This document shows, in pieces, positions 13,850 through 28,249 of a stretch of DNA of 64,000 nucleotides (the first letter of the stretch is position 1; the number at the start of each line of letters is the position of its first letter). The DNA comes from Eledone cirrhosa (Eukaryota). Under the pieces are notes generated by a model. That model worked only from the letters and a program-made list of their open reading frames with translations, did not search any database and was not told where the DNA came from. The stretch spans positions 11,594,001 to 11,658,000 of the forward strand of contig OZ024764.1 in assembly GCA_964016885.1 (NCBI GenBank). The letters are read 5' to 3'. A program made the translations under genes and the position numbers.

Positions 13850-13989
13850 GTATATTAGCATTTTCAGGCCACCAATCAAATATTTATGCGTGAAATCTCA
13901 ATTAAAAGCTACATAGTTTACTACGGTAATCTGAAAGTCTTCCTGCATCCCTCTAATATTCTAGTTTCATGTCTATCTCTCTGGGTGGG

Positions 13990-14031
13990 TGTATATATGT
14001 ATATATATGTGTGTGTGTGTATATATATGTA

Positions 14032-14063
<32 letters not shown>

Positions 14064-14695
14064 AGTATTTGTGTGTGAGTGTATGTGTGTGTGTATATAT
14101 GTATATGTATATATATATGTATTTATGTATATATATATGTATATGTATATATATATGTATATATATGTATGTATATATATATGTATATGTATATATATAT
14201 GTATATATATGTATGTATATATATATGTATATATATGTATGTATATATATATGTATATGTATATATATATGTATATATATGTATGTATGTATATGTATAT
14301 ATATATGTATATATATATATGTATATGTATATATATATGCATATATATGTATATGTATATATATATATGTATATATATATGTATATATATGTATATATAT
14401 ATATGTATATGTATATATATATGTATATATATATGTATATATATATGTATATGTATATATATATGTATATATATATATGTATATGTATATATATATGTGT
14501 ATATATATATATATGCATATATATGTATATATATATATATGCATATATATGTATATATATATATATGTGTATATATATATGCATATATATGTATATATAT
14601 ATATGTATATATATATGCATATATATGTATATATATATGTATATATATATGCATATATATGTGTATATATATATATGTGTATATATATATATGTG

Positions 14696-14726
<31 letters not shown>

Positions 14727-14889
14727 GCATATATATGTATATATATATAGATGCATATATATGTATATATATGCATATATATGTATATATATGTATTTAT
14801 GTATATATATATATGTATGTATATATATATATATGTATATATATATATGTATTTGTATATATGTATATGTGTATTTGTATATATGTATA

Positions 14890-14937
<48 letters not shown>

Positions 14938-14998
14938 TATATATATGTATGTATATGCATATATATATACATACACATATATATATATACATACATAC

Positions 14999-15030
<32 letters not shown>
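13990..15030. repeat. (TA)n/(TATG)n microsatellite
   Basis: Direct reading. Confidence 0.95.
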
Positions 15031-15267
15031 GTCGGTCTCTCACACCATGCTGTGATCCACTCTGTAGTGTTCTCTAATTATTATAAACACTACCAAAATA
15101 AGTCACATGGTGTCTTGCATCTCATTAGACTTGGTGACTCTCTGCTCTTTAAAATGTCTCGCCAATTCTCTTGCAGACATTCGAACTATCTAACTATTCA
15201 TACATGCTAATGACATGTATGTATGTGTGAGTATGTATAAGTATATGTATATATATACTCACATATA

Positions 15268-15300
<33 letters not shown>

Positions 15301-15332
15301 CTGCGTACAGATATATGTATGCCTGTGTGTGC

Positions 15333-15387
<55 letters not shown>

Positions 15388-15476
15388 TACACACATGCAC
15401 ACACAGGCATACACATATCTGTACGCAGATATTTATGCATTTCTACATATATATATGTGTCTATATATATATATAG

Positions 15477-15527
<51 letters not shown>

Positions 15528-15531
<4 letters not shown>

Positions 15532-15616
15532 AAAAAGTATGACCCTGACGGCAGAGCTCAAGCCACTTCGACGGCTATTTCTGGACTAAATTCAATTTAG
15601 TCCAGAAATAGCCGTC
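15528..15616. repeat. Second copy of the 1759-1866 element with a differently centred palindrome (15570-15616), joined to an RTE-A tail
   Basis: GAGCTCAAGCC..TTCGACGGCTA.TTCTG shared with 1782-1811; GACGGCTATTTCTGGACTAAATT-C-AATTTAGTCCAGAAATAGCCGTC. Confidence 0.85.
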
Positions 15617-15918
15617 CAACCCTTGCAAGCAGGGAAAAGCGGATTTAAAATGATAATGATGATGATATATATAAAAACAAATAGTAGAAAGGCAAAAGAT
15701 TTTTTTCCATAGAAAATGTTGAAGGGATATTTTTAGTGAAATTTCAAAACATTAATTTATTTACAATACCAGTTTCAGCATTAAATGCATTCAGGCTAAA
15801 ATTCCTAATGGGGTTAAGAACCCCATTATCAGGCTAAAATTCCTTTAGTCAAAAATACGGTGAAAGCTATTCTATTTTCTAATTTCAAACCTGCTCACTG
15901 TTTCAAAACATACTTACT

Positions 15919-15955
<37 letters not shown>

Positions 15956-16006
15956 TAAATAAAATAACAGGAGGCTGGACTGGTGTAAATCCTTGAAAGG
16001 TTTATT

Positions 16007-16064
16007 ATACTATGATCACTTCAATGACCGGGTTCCATATGAATCCGGTGATATCATCAGGTAT
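16007..16064 (-). ncRNA. Divergent minimal hammerhead motif in a (TA)n-flanked element (~15950-16342)
   Basis: Minus strand ATAC-CTGATGA-TATCACCGGATTC/ATATG/GAACCCGGTCATT-GAAG-TGATCA-TA-GTAT; palindromic stem III; A15.1 replaced by G. Confidence 0.6.
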
Positions 16065-16358
16065 TCGAAATATAACAAAGGAATATATAAAATTCATGGG
16101 TCCGAAATCAGAGACAGAGAGGACGACTGACCAACTAGTTGCTTTCACCTCGGTCAGTCGCCCTCAAGTGTCTCTGATTTCTTATTTTATTTATAATAAT
16201 TAACTCCGTACTCGCACCACCAACTACACAAACGAAGACGGGTGAACTGCACTATGTTGAGTACTCTCCACAATATTACACCAAGATTGACCTTACGGAA
16301 TGACCAGCTCTATCCAGTGGTGAACCAACAAACCTAAAGAAATATATATATAGATTAT

Positions 16359-16706
16359 GGAGGCACATGGCTTAGTGGTTAGAGCATTGGCCTTGCAATC
16401 GAAATGTTGTGAGTTCAATTCTCAGACTGGGTGATGTGTTGTTTCCTTGAGCAAGACACTTTATTTCACATTGCTCCAGTTTAGTCAGCTGTAGAAATGA
16501 GATGATAGGGACTGGGATCCCTATCATTCCACTGCAAAGTGGTCGTGGAGGTGCCACGGCAAAAAAGCACCCAGCACTCACTGTAAATGAGGTTGGTGTT
16601 AGGAAGGGCATCCAGCTGTAGAAATCAAGCCAGAATCAGTTCCCGTCCCACCCTTGCAAGCAGGGAAAAGCAGACGTTAAATGATGATGATGATGATGAT
16701 GATGAT
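16359..16706 (+). mobile_element. CORE-type SINE family 2, full length
   Basis: Near-identical to 3407-3752. Confidence 0.88.
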
Positions 16707-16800
16707 ATGTCCTGGGTATGACATTAAACTGCATCCAGTTCAGGAGCTGTGTGTAATGGGGATTACCCCTTAGTTCTAATCACTCCTTATTATATATACC

Positions 16801-17182
16801 AAGGGCGGTGAATTGCAGTATCGGTAGAGGGTCGGATGCCCTGCTTTCCAGCACAGAGTTACGCCCCTTTATGGTCTGAGTTCAAATCCCGCCGAGATTA
16901 ACTTTGCCTTTCATCCTTACGGGGGTCGATAAGATAAATTACCAGTAATACACTGGGGTAATTGCTGGCCTTGTGCCAAAAGTAGAAATGATTATGTATA
17001 CTTTATTTTATCGACCCTGTAAGGGTGAAATGCAAAGTTAACTTTGGCGGGATTTGAACTCAGACTACATAGAGTTACGGCCCTTTACCGCTTGAGTTCA
17101 AATCTCGCTTAGGCTAACTTTGCCTTTCATCCTTACAGGGTCAATAAAATAAAGTACCAGTAATGCCCTGGGGTAATTGCTG
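16801..17182 (+). mobile_element. Cluster of SINE family 1 copies (+ full, - partial, + partial)
   Basis: A/B boxes and body motif; inverted piece ~16997-17065. Confidence 0.85.
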
Positions 17183-17469
17183 TTGGTTTTCACTTCAATT
17201 TATTATGAATTTCTGGTTGGTTGGTTTGATAAACTGTAGGGAATCTAGCTGAACTTATCAAGGGGTACAATCCATATATGGGCAGACAGTGAACGCAAAA
17301 AAAAATCTTAAAAGTTCTCTTGTTCTCCTGGAATGGTCAGTAATCTGGGGGGCAGGGGTAGATTTGTTCAAATGGCTGGGTTTTTTCTTTTTGAATCTAA
17401 TGCAGTTAAGTGCAATGTCTTTTTTACAGATTAGGAATATTTGATGAGGAAAAATTCTCTCTTAATATC

Positions 17470-17478
17470 GTGTGTATG

Positions 17479-17511
<33 letters not shown>

Positions 17512-18340
17512 ATATCTGACTGTGTGTGTGTGTGACTGACTGTGTGTGTGTGTGAATATGTGTGTATGTGTGTTTGAATATATATGTGTGTGTGTTTGAA
17601 TATATGCGTGTGTGTGTGTATATATATATGTGTGTGTGTGTGTGTGACTGACTATGTGTATATGTGTGTGTGACTGACTGTGTGTGTGTGTGTATATGTG
17701 TGTGAGTATGTGTATCTGACTGTGTGTGTGTGTGACTGACTGTGTGTGTGTGTGTTTGAATATATATATGTGTGTGTGTATATATATGTGTGTGTGTGTG
17801 TGTGTGACTGACTATGTGTATATGTGTGTGTGTGTGAATATATATGTGTGTGTGTGTGAATATATGTGTGTGTGTTTCAATATATGCGTGTGTGAATATG
17901 TGTGTGTGTGTGCATATATATATGTGTGTGTGAATATATATGTGTGTGTGTGTGTTGGTTTGTATGTGGGTATATTTATATATGTGTGTTTTAGTTTGTG
18001 TTTATGTATGTAGGAATATTAGTGTATTTAAGTGTGTATATATGTATTTGAATGTGAGTGTGTGTGAGTTGGTATGTTTGACTGTGTGTGTGTATTGGTT
18101 TCTTTCTGTGTGTGTGTGTTGGTTTATCAGTGTGTGTATGTGTTGCTTTGTATATGTATGTGTGTGTGAGTTGGTTGTGTGTGTGTGTGTGTTGGTTGTG
18201 TGTGTGTGTGTTTGTTTGTGTGTGTTGGTTGTATGTGTGTGTTTGTGTGTATATGTGTGTGTGCTGGTTGTGTGTGTGTGTTGGTTGTGTATGTGTGTGT
18301 GTGTGTGTGTTGGTTGTGTGTATGTGTGTGTGCATGTGTG
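17470..18340. repeat. (TG)n-rich compound microsatellite
   Basis: Direct reading. Confidence 0.95.
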
Positions 18341-18395
18341 AGTTGATGTCCACAAAAATGATAAGTTAGCTTTCTCTTCAAGCACCTGCTGTGTA

Positions 18396-20570
18396 ATGGT
18401 AGTAGTAGTGGTGTTGTTGGTGGTAGTGGTGGTGGTGGTGGTGGTGTTGTTGGTGGTAGTGGTGGTAGTGATGATGGTAGTGGTGGTGGTGTTGTTGGTG
18501 GTAGTGGTGGTGGTGGTGATGATGGTAGTAGTGGTGGTGTTGGTGGTGGTAGTGGTGGTAGTGATGATGGTAGTGGTGGTGGTGTTGTTGGTGGTAGTGG
18601 TGGTGGTGATGATGGTAGTAGTGGTGGTGGTGATGATGGTAGTAGTGGTGGTGTTGTTGGTGGTAATGGTGGTGGTGTTGTTGGTGGTAGTGGTGGTGGT
18701 GGTTGTGGTTACAGTGGTGGTGTTGTTGGTGGTAGTGGTGGTGGTGATGATGGTAGTGGTGGTGGTGTTGTTGGTGGTAGTGGTGGTGGTGATGATGGTA
18801 GTAGTGGTGGTGTTGTTGGTGGTAGTGGTGGTGATGTTGTTGGTGGTAGTGGTGGTGGTGATGATGGTAGTAGTGGTGGTGTTGTTGGTGGTAGTGGTGG
18901 TGGTGGTTGTGGTTACAGTGGTGGTGTTGTTGGTGGTAGTGGTGGTGGTGATGATGGTAGTGGTGGTGGTGTTGTTGGTGGTAGTGGTGGTGGTGATGAT
19001 GGTAGTAGTGGTGGTGTTGTTGGTGGTGATGATGGTAGTAGTGGTGGTGTTGTTGGTGGTAGTGGTGGTGGTGATGATGGTAGTAGTGGTGGTGTTGTTG
19101 GTGGTAGTGGTGGTGGTGATGATGGTAGTGGTGGTGGTGTTGTTGGTGGTAGTGGTGGTGGTGATGATGGTAGTGGTGGTGGTGTTGTTGGTGGTGATGA
19201 TGGTAGTAGTGGTGGTGTTGTTGGTGGTAGTGGTGGTGGTGATGATGGTAGTGGTGGTGGTGTTGTTGGTGGTAGTGGTGGTGGTGATGATGGTAGTAGT
19301 GGTGGTGTTGATGGTAATAGTGGTGGTGTTGTTGGTGGTAGTGGTGGTGGTGATGATGGTAGTAGTGGTGGTGTTGATGGTAATAGTGGTGGTGTTGTTG
19401 GTGGTAGTGGTGGTGGTGTTGTTGGTGGTAGTGGTGGTGTTGTTGGTGGTAGTGGTGGTAGTGATGATGGTAGTAGTGGTGGTGTTGTTGGTGGTAGTGG
19501 TGGTGGTGATGATGGTAGTAGTGGTGGTGTTGTTGGTGGTAGTGGTGGTAGTGATGATGGTAGTAGTGGTGGTGTTGTTGGTGGTAGTGGTGGTAGTGAT
19601 GATGGTAGTAGTGGTGGTGTTGTTGGTGGTAGTGGTGGTGGTGATGATGGTAGTAGTAGTGGTGTTGGTGGTAGTGGTGGTGGTGATGATGGTAGTAGTG
19701 GTGGTGATGATGGTAGTGGTGGTGGTGTTGTTGGTGGTAGTGGTGGTGGTGATGATGGTAGTGGTGGTGGTGTTGGTGGTGATGATGGTAGTAGTGGTGG
19801 TGTTGTTGGTGGTAGTGGTGGTGGTGATGATGGTAGTAGTGGTGGTATTGTTGGTGGTAGTGGTGGTGGTGATGATGGTAGTAGTGGTGGTGTTGTTGGT
19901 GGTAGTGGTGGTGGTGATGATGGTAGTAGTAGTGATGTTGTTGGTGGTAGTGGTGGTGGTTGTAGTAGTGGTGGTGGTGGTGGTGTTCGAGGTAGTGTTG
20001 TTGTTAGTAGGAGTGATGATGGTAGTGGTTGTAGTAGTAGTGGTGGTGGTAGTTGGTAGTGGTGGTGGTAGTTGTCGTCGTCGTAGTAGTAGTAGTGTAG
20101 ATGATGGTGATGGTTGCAGTTGAGGTAGTAGTGGTGGTGGTAGTGGTTGTAGTAGTAGTGGTGATGTTGGTAGTGCTGGTGGTGGTGGTGGTAGTGGTGG
20201 TGGTGGTGGTGGTGATGGTTGTAGTTGAGGTAGTTGTGGTAGTGGTTGTAGTAGTAGTAGAGGTGGTGGTAGTGGTGGTGTTGATGATGGTGATGGTTGT
20301 AGTTGAGGTAGTTGTGGTGGTGGTAGTAGTGGTGTTGATGATGGTGATGGTTGTAGTGGTGGTGGTAGTGGTGATGTTGTTGGTGGTGGTAGTAGTAGTA
20401 GTAGAGGTGGTGGTGGTGGTAGAAGTGGTGGTGGTGGTGGTAGTAGTGGTGTTGATGATGGTGATGGTTGTAGTTGAGGTGGTGGTAGTGGTTGTAGTAG
20501 TAGTGGTGTTGATGATGGTGATGGTTGTAGTTGAGGTGGTGGTAGTGGTTGTAGTAGTAGTGGTAGTGAT
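18396..20570. repeat. (GTG/GTA/ATG/TTG)n trinucleotide array with higher-order units
   Basis: Direct reading; yields poly-V / poly-T pseudo-ORFs. Confidence 0.95.
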
Positions 20571-20616
20571 TCTTGTCTCAGCAATAAGAGAGGATTCTCT
20601 TTTGTTGACTCATAAC

Positions 20617-23600
20617 TACATACATACATACATATATATACACATATATATACACATATACATCCATATATATATATATATATACACATACATATATATA
20701 CACATATATATATATATATACATATATCTATATACATACATCAATACATTCATGAACACACACAGATACATATATATACACACCGCATACATATATACAT
20801 ACATACACACACATACATACATACATATATATATATACACACACACATATATATATATACACACACACATATATATATACATGTATATATACACTCATAC
20901 ATATATACATACATACAGACATACATGAATACATAGATACATACATGTATATATATACACACAAATATATATACATGTATATATACACTCATACATATAG
21001 ATATACATACATACACACACACGCATACATACGTGAATACATAGATACATACATGTATATATATACACACACATGTATATATATACACACACATACATAT
21101 ATACATGTATATATACACTCATACATATATACATACATACACACACATACATACATACATACATGAATACATATATACATACATGTATACATATACACAC
21201 ACATATATATATACATGTATATATATACACACACACATATATATATACATGTATATATACACTCATACATATACACATGCATACACACATGAATACATAG
21301 ATACATGTATATATATGCACACACATACATATATACATACATATACACACATACATATACATACACATATACATACATGAATACATAGATACATACATGT
21401 ATATATATACACACACATATATATATACATGTATATATACACTCATACATACATGCATACATAAATACACATGCATACATACAGGAATACATAGATACTT
21501 ACATGTATATATATACACACACACACATATATATATACATGTATATATACACTCATACATATATACATACATACATACACATACATACATACAGGAATAC
21601 ATATATACATATATACATACACACATACATGAATACATAGATACATACATGTATACATATACACACACATACATATATACACTCATACATGTATACATAC
21701 ATACACACACATACATACATGAATACATAGATACATACATATATATATATACACACACATATATATACATGTATATATACACTCACACATATATACATAC
21801 ATACACATACATACATACATGAATACATAGATACATACATGTATACACACACACACATACATATATACATGTATATATACACATACATATATACATACAT
21901 ACACACACATACATACATGAATACATAGATACATACATGTATATATATACACACACATACTTATATACATGTATATATACACTCATACATACATATATAC
22001 ATACATACATGTATACATATACACACACATATATATATATACATGTATATATATTCACACATATATATGTACATGTATATATATATACACACACATATAT
22101 ATATATATACATGTATATATACACTCATACATATATACATGCATACACACACATACATGAATACATAGATGTATACATATACACACATACATATACACAC
22201 ACATATATACATACATGAATACATAGATACACACATGTATATATATATACATGTATATATACACTCATACATATATACATACATACACACACATACATAC
22301 ATACATGAATACATAGATACTTACATGTATATATATACACACACATATATATATATACATGTATATATACACTCATACATATACACACATACATACATGA
22401 ATACATAGATACTTACATGTATATATATACACACATATATATATACATGTATATATACAGTCATACATATATACATACATACACAGATACATACATGTAT
22501 ACATATACACACACATACATATATACATGTATATATACACTCATACATATATACATACATACACACACATACATAGATACATGAATACATAGATACATAC
22601 ATGTATATATATACACACACATATATATATATATACATGTATATATACACTCATTCATATATACATACATACACACACATACATACATGAATACATAGAT
22701 ACATACATGTATACATATACACACATATATATATATACATGTATATATACACTCATACATATATACATACACACACACATACATGAATACATAGATACAT
22801 ACATGTATGCATATGCACACATATACATATATACATACACTCATACATATATACATATATACATACATACATACACACACACACACATACATGAATACAT
22901 AGATACATACATGTATATATATACACACACATATATATATACATGTATATATAAACTCATACATACATGCATGCATAAATACACATGCATACATACATGA
23001 ATACATAGATACATACATGTGTATATATACACACACATATATATATACATGTATATATATACACACACATATATATATACATGTATATATACACTCATAC
23101 ATATATACATACATACATACACATACATACATACAGGAATACATATATACATATATACATACACACATACATGAATACATAGATACAAACATGTATACAT
23201 ATACACACACATACATATATACACTCATACATGTATACATACATACCTACACACACATACATACATGAATACATAGATACATACATGTATATATATACAC
23301 ACACATATATATATATACATACACATACATACATACATGAATACGTAGATACATACATGTATACACACACATACATATATACACTCATACATGTATACAT
23401 ACATACCTACACACACATACATACATGAATACATAGATACATACATGTATATATACACTCACACATATATACATACATACACATACATACATACATGAAT
23501 ACATAGATACATACATGTATACACACACACACATACATATATACATGTATATATACACATACATATATACATACATACACACACATACATACATACATGA

Positions 23601-24476
23601 ATACATAGATACATACATGTATATATATATACACACACATACTTATATACATGTATATATACACTCATACATACATATATACATACATACACACATGCAT
23701 ACATACATGTATACATATACACACACATATATATATATACATGTATATATATGCACGCACACATATATATACACACACATATATATATATACATGTATAT
23801 ATACACTCATACATATATACATGCATACACACACATACATGAATACATAGATGTATACATATAAACACATACATATACACACATATATACATACATGAAT
23901 ACATAGATACACACATGTATATATATACATGTATATATACACTCATACATATATACATACATACACACACATACATACATACATGAATACATAGATACTT
24001 ACATGTATATATATACACACACATATATATATATACATGTATATATACACTCATACATATACACACATACATACATGAATACATAGATACTTACATGTAT
24101 ATATATACACACATATATATATACATGTATATATATACACTCATACATATATACATACATACACAGATACATACATGTATACATATACACACACATACAT
24201 ATATACATACACTCATACATATATACATACATACACACACATACATACATACATGAATACATAGATACATACATGTATATATATACACACATATATATAT
24301 ACATGTATATACACTCGTGCATATATACATACATACACACACATGCATACATACATACATGAATACATAGATACATACACACATACATGTATATATATAT
24401 ACACACATACATATATACATGTATATATACACTCACTCATACATACATACATAAATACATCTACACATACATATAC

Positions 24477-24511
<35 letters not shown>

Positions 24512-25858
24512 TATATACACCCCTATGCATATATATATATATATACACACACACATACAACAGTGGGGTGTGATGTGAGCGAGATTTAGCTGCTCTTTCT
24601 AGCAGGACTAACGTCTTCCTCCTTGTCTTGTATATAGTAGTAGTAGTGGTGGTAATATTTAGGGGGTTCTACTGGTGCACACACACACACACACAGAACA
24701 CACACACACACAGAACACACACACATACACATACATACACACATGTACACACACAAATACATACACACATACATACATACACACACATACATACACACAC
24801 ACACACACGTACATAACACACACACACACATATGTACACATACACACACACACACACGTACAGAACACACACATGTACACACACACATGTACACACACAA
24901 ATACATACACACACATACATACATACACACACATACATACACATACACACATACATGTACACAGATATATATATATATACACACACACATACATATATAC
25001 ACACATGTACACACACAAATACATACACACACACACATACATACATACACATACACATACACACATACATGCACATACACATACACACACACACATATAT
25101 ATATATACACACACATACATATATATACACACACACATATATATATATATATCCACATATATATATATATATATACCCACACATATATACACACACATAT
25201 ACATACGCACACACACATGCATACATTTATATATACTCACAAACACATATATACACACACACACACATATATACACACACACACACATACATACACACAC
25301 ACACACGTACATAACACACACACACACATATGTACACATACACACACACACACACGTACAGAACACACACATGTACACACACAAATACATACACACACAT
25401 ACATACATACATACACACACATACATACACATACACACATACATGTACACAGATATATATATATATACACACACACATACATATATACACACATGTACAC
25501 ACACAAATACATACACACACACACATACATACATACACATACACACATACACACATACATGCACATACACATACACACACACACACATATATATATATAT
25601 ACACACACATACATATATATACACACACACATATATATATATATATATACCCACACATATATACACACACATATACATACGCACACACACATGCATACAT
25701 TTATATATACTCACAAACACATATATACACACACACACACATATATATATACACACACACACATATATACACACACACATCATCCTCATTATTTTTACAT
25801 CCGCTTTAGCAGGCTTGCATGAGTTACCAGAGTTCTCTCCAGTACAGTCCCCCCCCCC

Positions 25859-25889
<31 letters not shown>

Positions 25890-25912
25890 TATATAAAGAT
25901 ACATATCTATAT

Positions 25913-25943
<31 letters not shown>

Positions 25944-25977
25944 CACACACACATATATATATATATATATATCTATT

Positions 25978-26029
<52 letters not shown>

Positions 26030-26106
26030 TATATATATATCGATTCACAATCACACATATATATATATATGTATACACACACACATATATTTATATATAT
26101 TTATAT

Positions 26107-26151
<45 letters not shown>

Positions 26152-26223
26152 GAGAGAGAGGGGGGATGAGAGACTAAATTTGTGTGGTTTTCACTGCTCT
26201 TTTTTTTTGTTGCTATATATGGT

Positions 26224-26260
<37 letters not shown>

Positions 26261-26625
26261 GTGTATGTGTATATATTCACTCACACACCCACAATTCAAC
26301 CATATCATGTGCATAATTAGATATACCCAAACACACACATACATACAGACACAAGCACACAGAAAGAAACACACTCACTTACACACACATACACACACAC
26401 TCAAACAAACAAAAACACTCTCACACACACACACACAGAGAAATAAACACTCACACACACCTAGTTACACACATACATACACACAAACACACACTCATAC
26501 ACAGACACACAAACGCACTCACTTACACACACACAAACAAACACACTCAGTTACACACACAAACACACAAAGAAACACACTCAGCCACACACACACACAT
26601 ATAGACACACACACACATATATAGG
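20617..26625. repeat. Microsatellite-derived minisatellite field (recurrent CATGAATACATAGATAC and CACTCATAC anchors in CA/TA repeats)
   Basis: Direct reading; internal block duplications (e.g. ~24800-25290 repeated at ~25300-25760). Confidence 0.92.
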
Positions 26626-26659
26626 CACAAATAGTTTTGGTTGAAATAGATGAGCTGGA

Positions 26660-26775
26660 AGAGGGGAGAGGTGTGGCTATCCCCTTCCCCAACCACCTGC
26701 CAATCAGAGTGAATCTCCAAGGAAGAAGGGGGTGTGGCTAACTATTGTTGTATTTAGTGGGTGGGGCTAGTGTGT
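26660..26775. promoter_or_regulatory. Possible promoter/enhancer motif cluster (CCAAT box plus GT/GC boxes)
   Basis: GCCAATCAGA at ~26699; GGTGTGGCT at ~26671 and ~26731; GGGTGGGGCT at ~26759, all in a unique island. Confidence 0.3.
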
Positions 26776-26871
26776 GGGAGGGGTTTGTTTGTGTGTATGT
26801 GTGTAATTTTCTGTGTGTTTGTGTGTGTGTGTGTTTTGTGTTTGGATACATATATACATACACACACACAC

Positions 26872-26938
<67 letters not shown>

Positions 26939-26970
26939 GTGTTGTGATATGTGTGTGTGTTTGTGTTGTG

Positions 26971-27018
<48 letters not shown>

Positions 27019-27129
27019 ATATTGTGATATCGTGTGTAATATGTTAAGCATTGTGTGTGTATGTATGTATAAGTTGCTATGATATATATATATATATATA
27101 TATGTGTGTGTTTAGGTTGTGGTATGTGT

Positions 27130-28190
27130 ATATAGCATTTGTTGCTAAGGAATGTGATATAAACCATCTGTTGCTAAGGAATGTGATATATATACCATTT
27201 GTTGCTAAGGAATGTGGTTTATACCATCTGTTGCTAATGAGTGTGGTTTATACCATCTGTTGCTAATGAGTGGTTTATACCATCTGTTGTAAAGGAATGT
27301 GATATATACCATCTGTTGCTAAGGAATGTGGTTTATACCATCTGTTGCTAATGAGTATGGTTTATACCATCTGTTGTAAAGGAATGTGATATATACCATC
27401 TGTTGCTAAGGAATGTGGTTTATACCATCTGTTGCTAATGAGTGTGGTTTATACCATCTGTTGTAAAGGAATGTGATATGTACCATCTGTTGCTAAGGAG
27501 TTTGGTATATTCATCTGTTGCTAATGAGTGGTGTATACCATCTGTTGTAAAGGAATGTGATATATACCATCTGTTGCTAAGGAATGTGGTTTATACCATC
27601 TGTTGCTAATGAGTGTGGTTTATACCATCTGTTGTAAAGGAATGTGATATGTACCATCTGTTGCTAAGGAGTTTGGTATATTCATCTGTTGCTAATGAGT
27701 GGTGTATACCATCTGTTGCCAAAAAATGTTATATATACCATCTGCTGCTAAGGAATCTGGTATATCCACCTGTTACTAAGGAAGGTGATATATTCATCTG
27801 CTACTAAGGAATGTGGTATATTCATCTGTTGCTAAGGAATATGGTATATACCATTTGTTGCTAAGGAGTCAGTCTGGTATATATCTACTGTTGCTAAGGA
27901 GTCTGGTATATACCATCTGTTGCTAAGGAATATGGTATATACCATCTGTTGCGAAGGAATTTGGTGAATGCCATCTGTTGTTAAGGAGTCTGGTATATAC
28001 CATTTGTTGCTAAGGAGTCAGTCTGGTATATATCTACTGTTGCTAAAGAGTCTGGTATATATCATCTGTTGCTAAGGAGTCTGGTATATACCATCTGTTG
28101 CTAAGGAATGTGGTGTATACCATCTGTTGCTAAGGAGTCTGGTATATACCTACTGTTGCTAAGGAGTCTGGTATATACCATCTGTTGCTA
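27130..28190. repeat. 29-bp minisatellite (ATACCATCTGTTGCTAAGGAATGTGGTTT), ~36 units
   Basis: Period 29 read directly (27221, 27250). Confidence 0.92.
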
Positions 28191-28249
28191 TTCTAATGTA
28201 TATAATACTAGTTAATATATTTGGAAGTAGTTCTTGTTGTCGTCATGAT

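Noticed and set aside
15760-15840. Minus-strand CTGAATGC...GAAACTGGTA and CTGATAA-hairpin in a TA-flanked island
   Set aside because: Core incomplete in both; at most a decayed relative of the hammerhead family
18002-20928. 911-aa Thr/Pro-rich (mucin-like) and 575-aa poly-Val ORFs
   Set aside because: Trinucleotide array with starts inside microsatellite and no convincing non-repetitive domain or splice context
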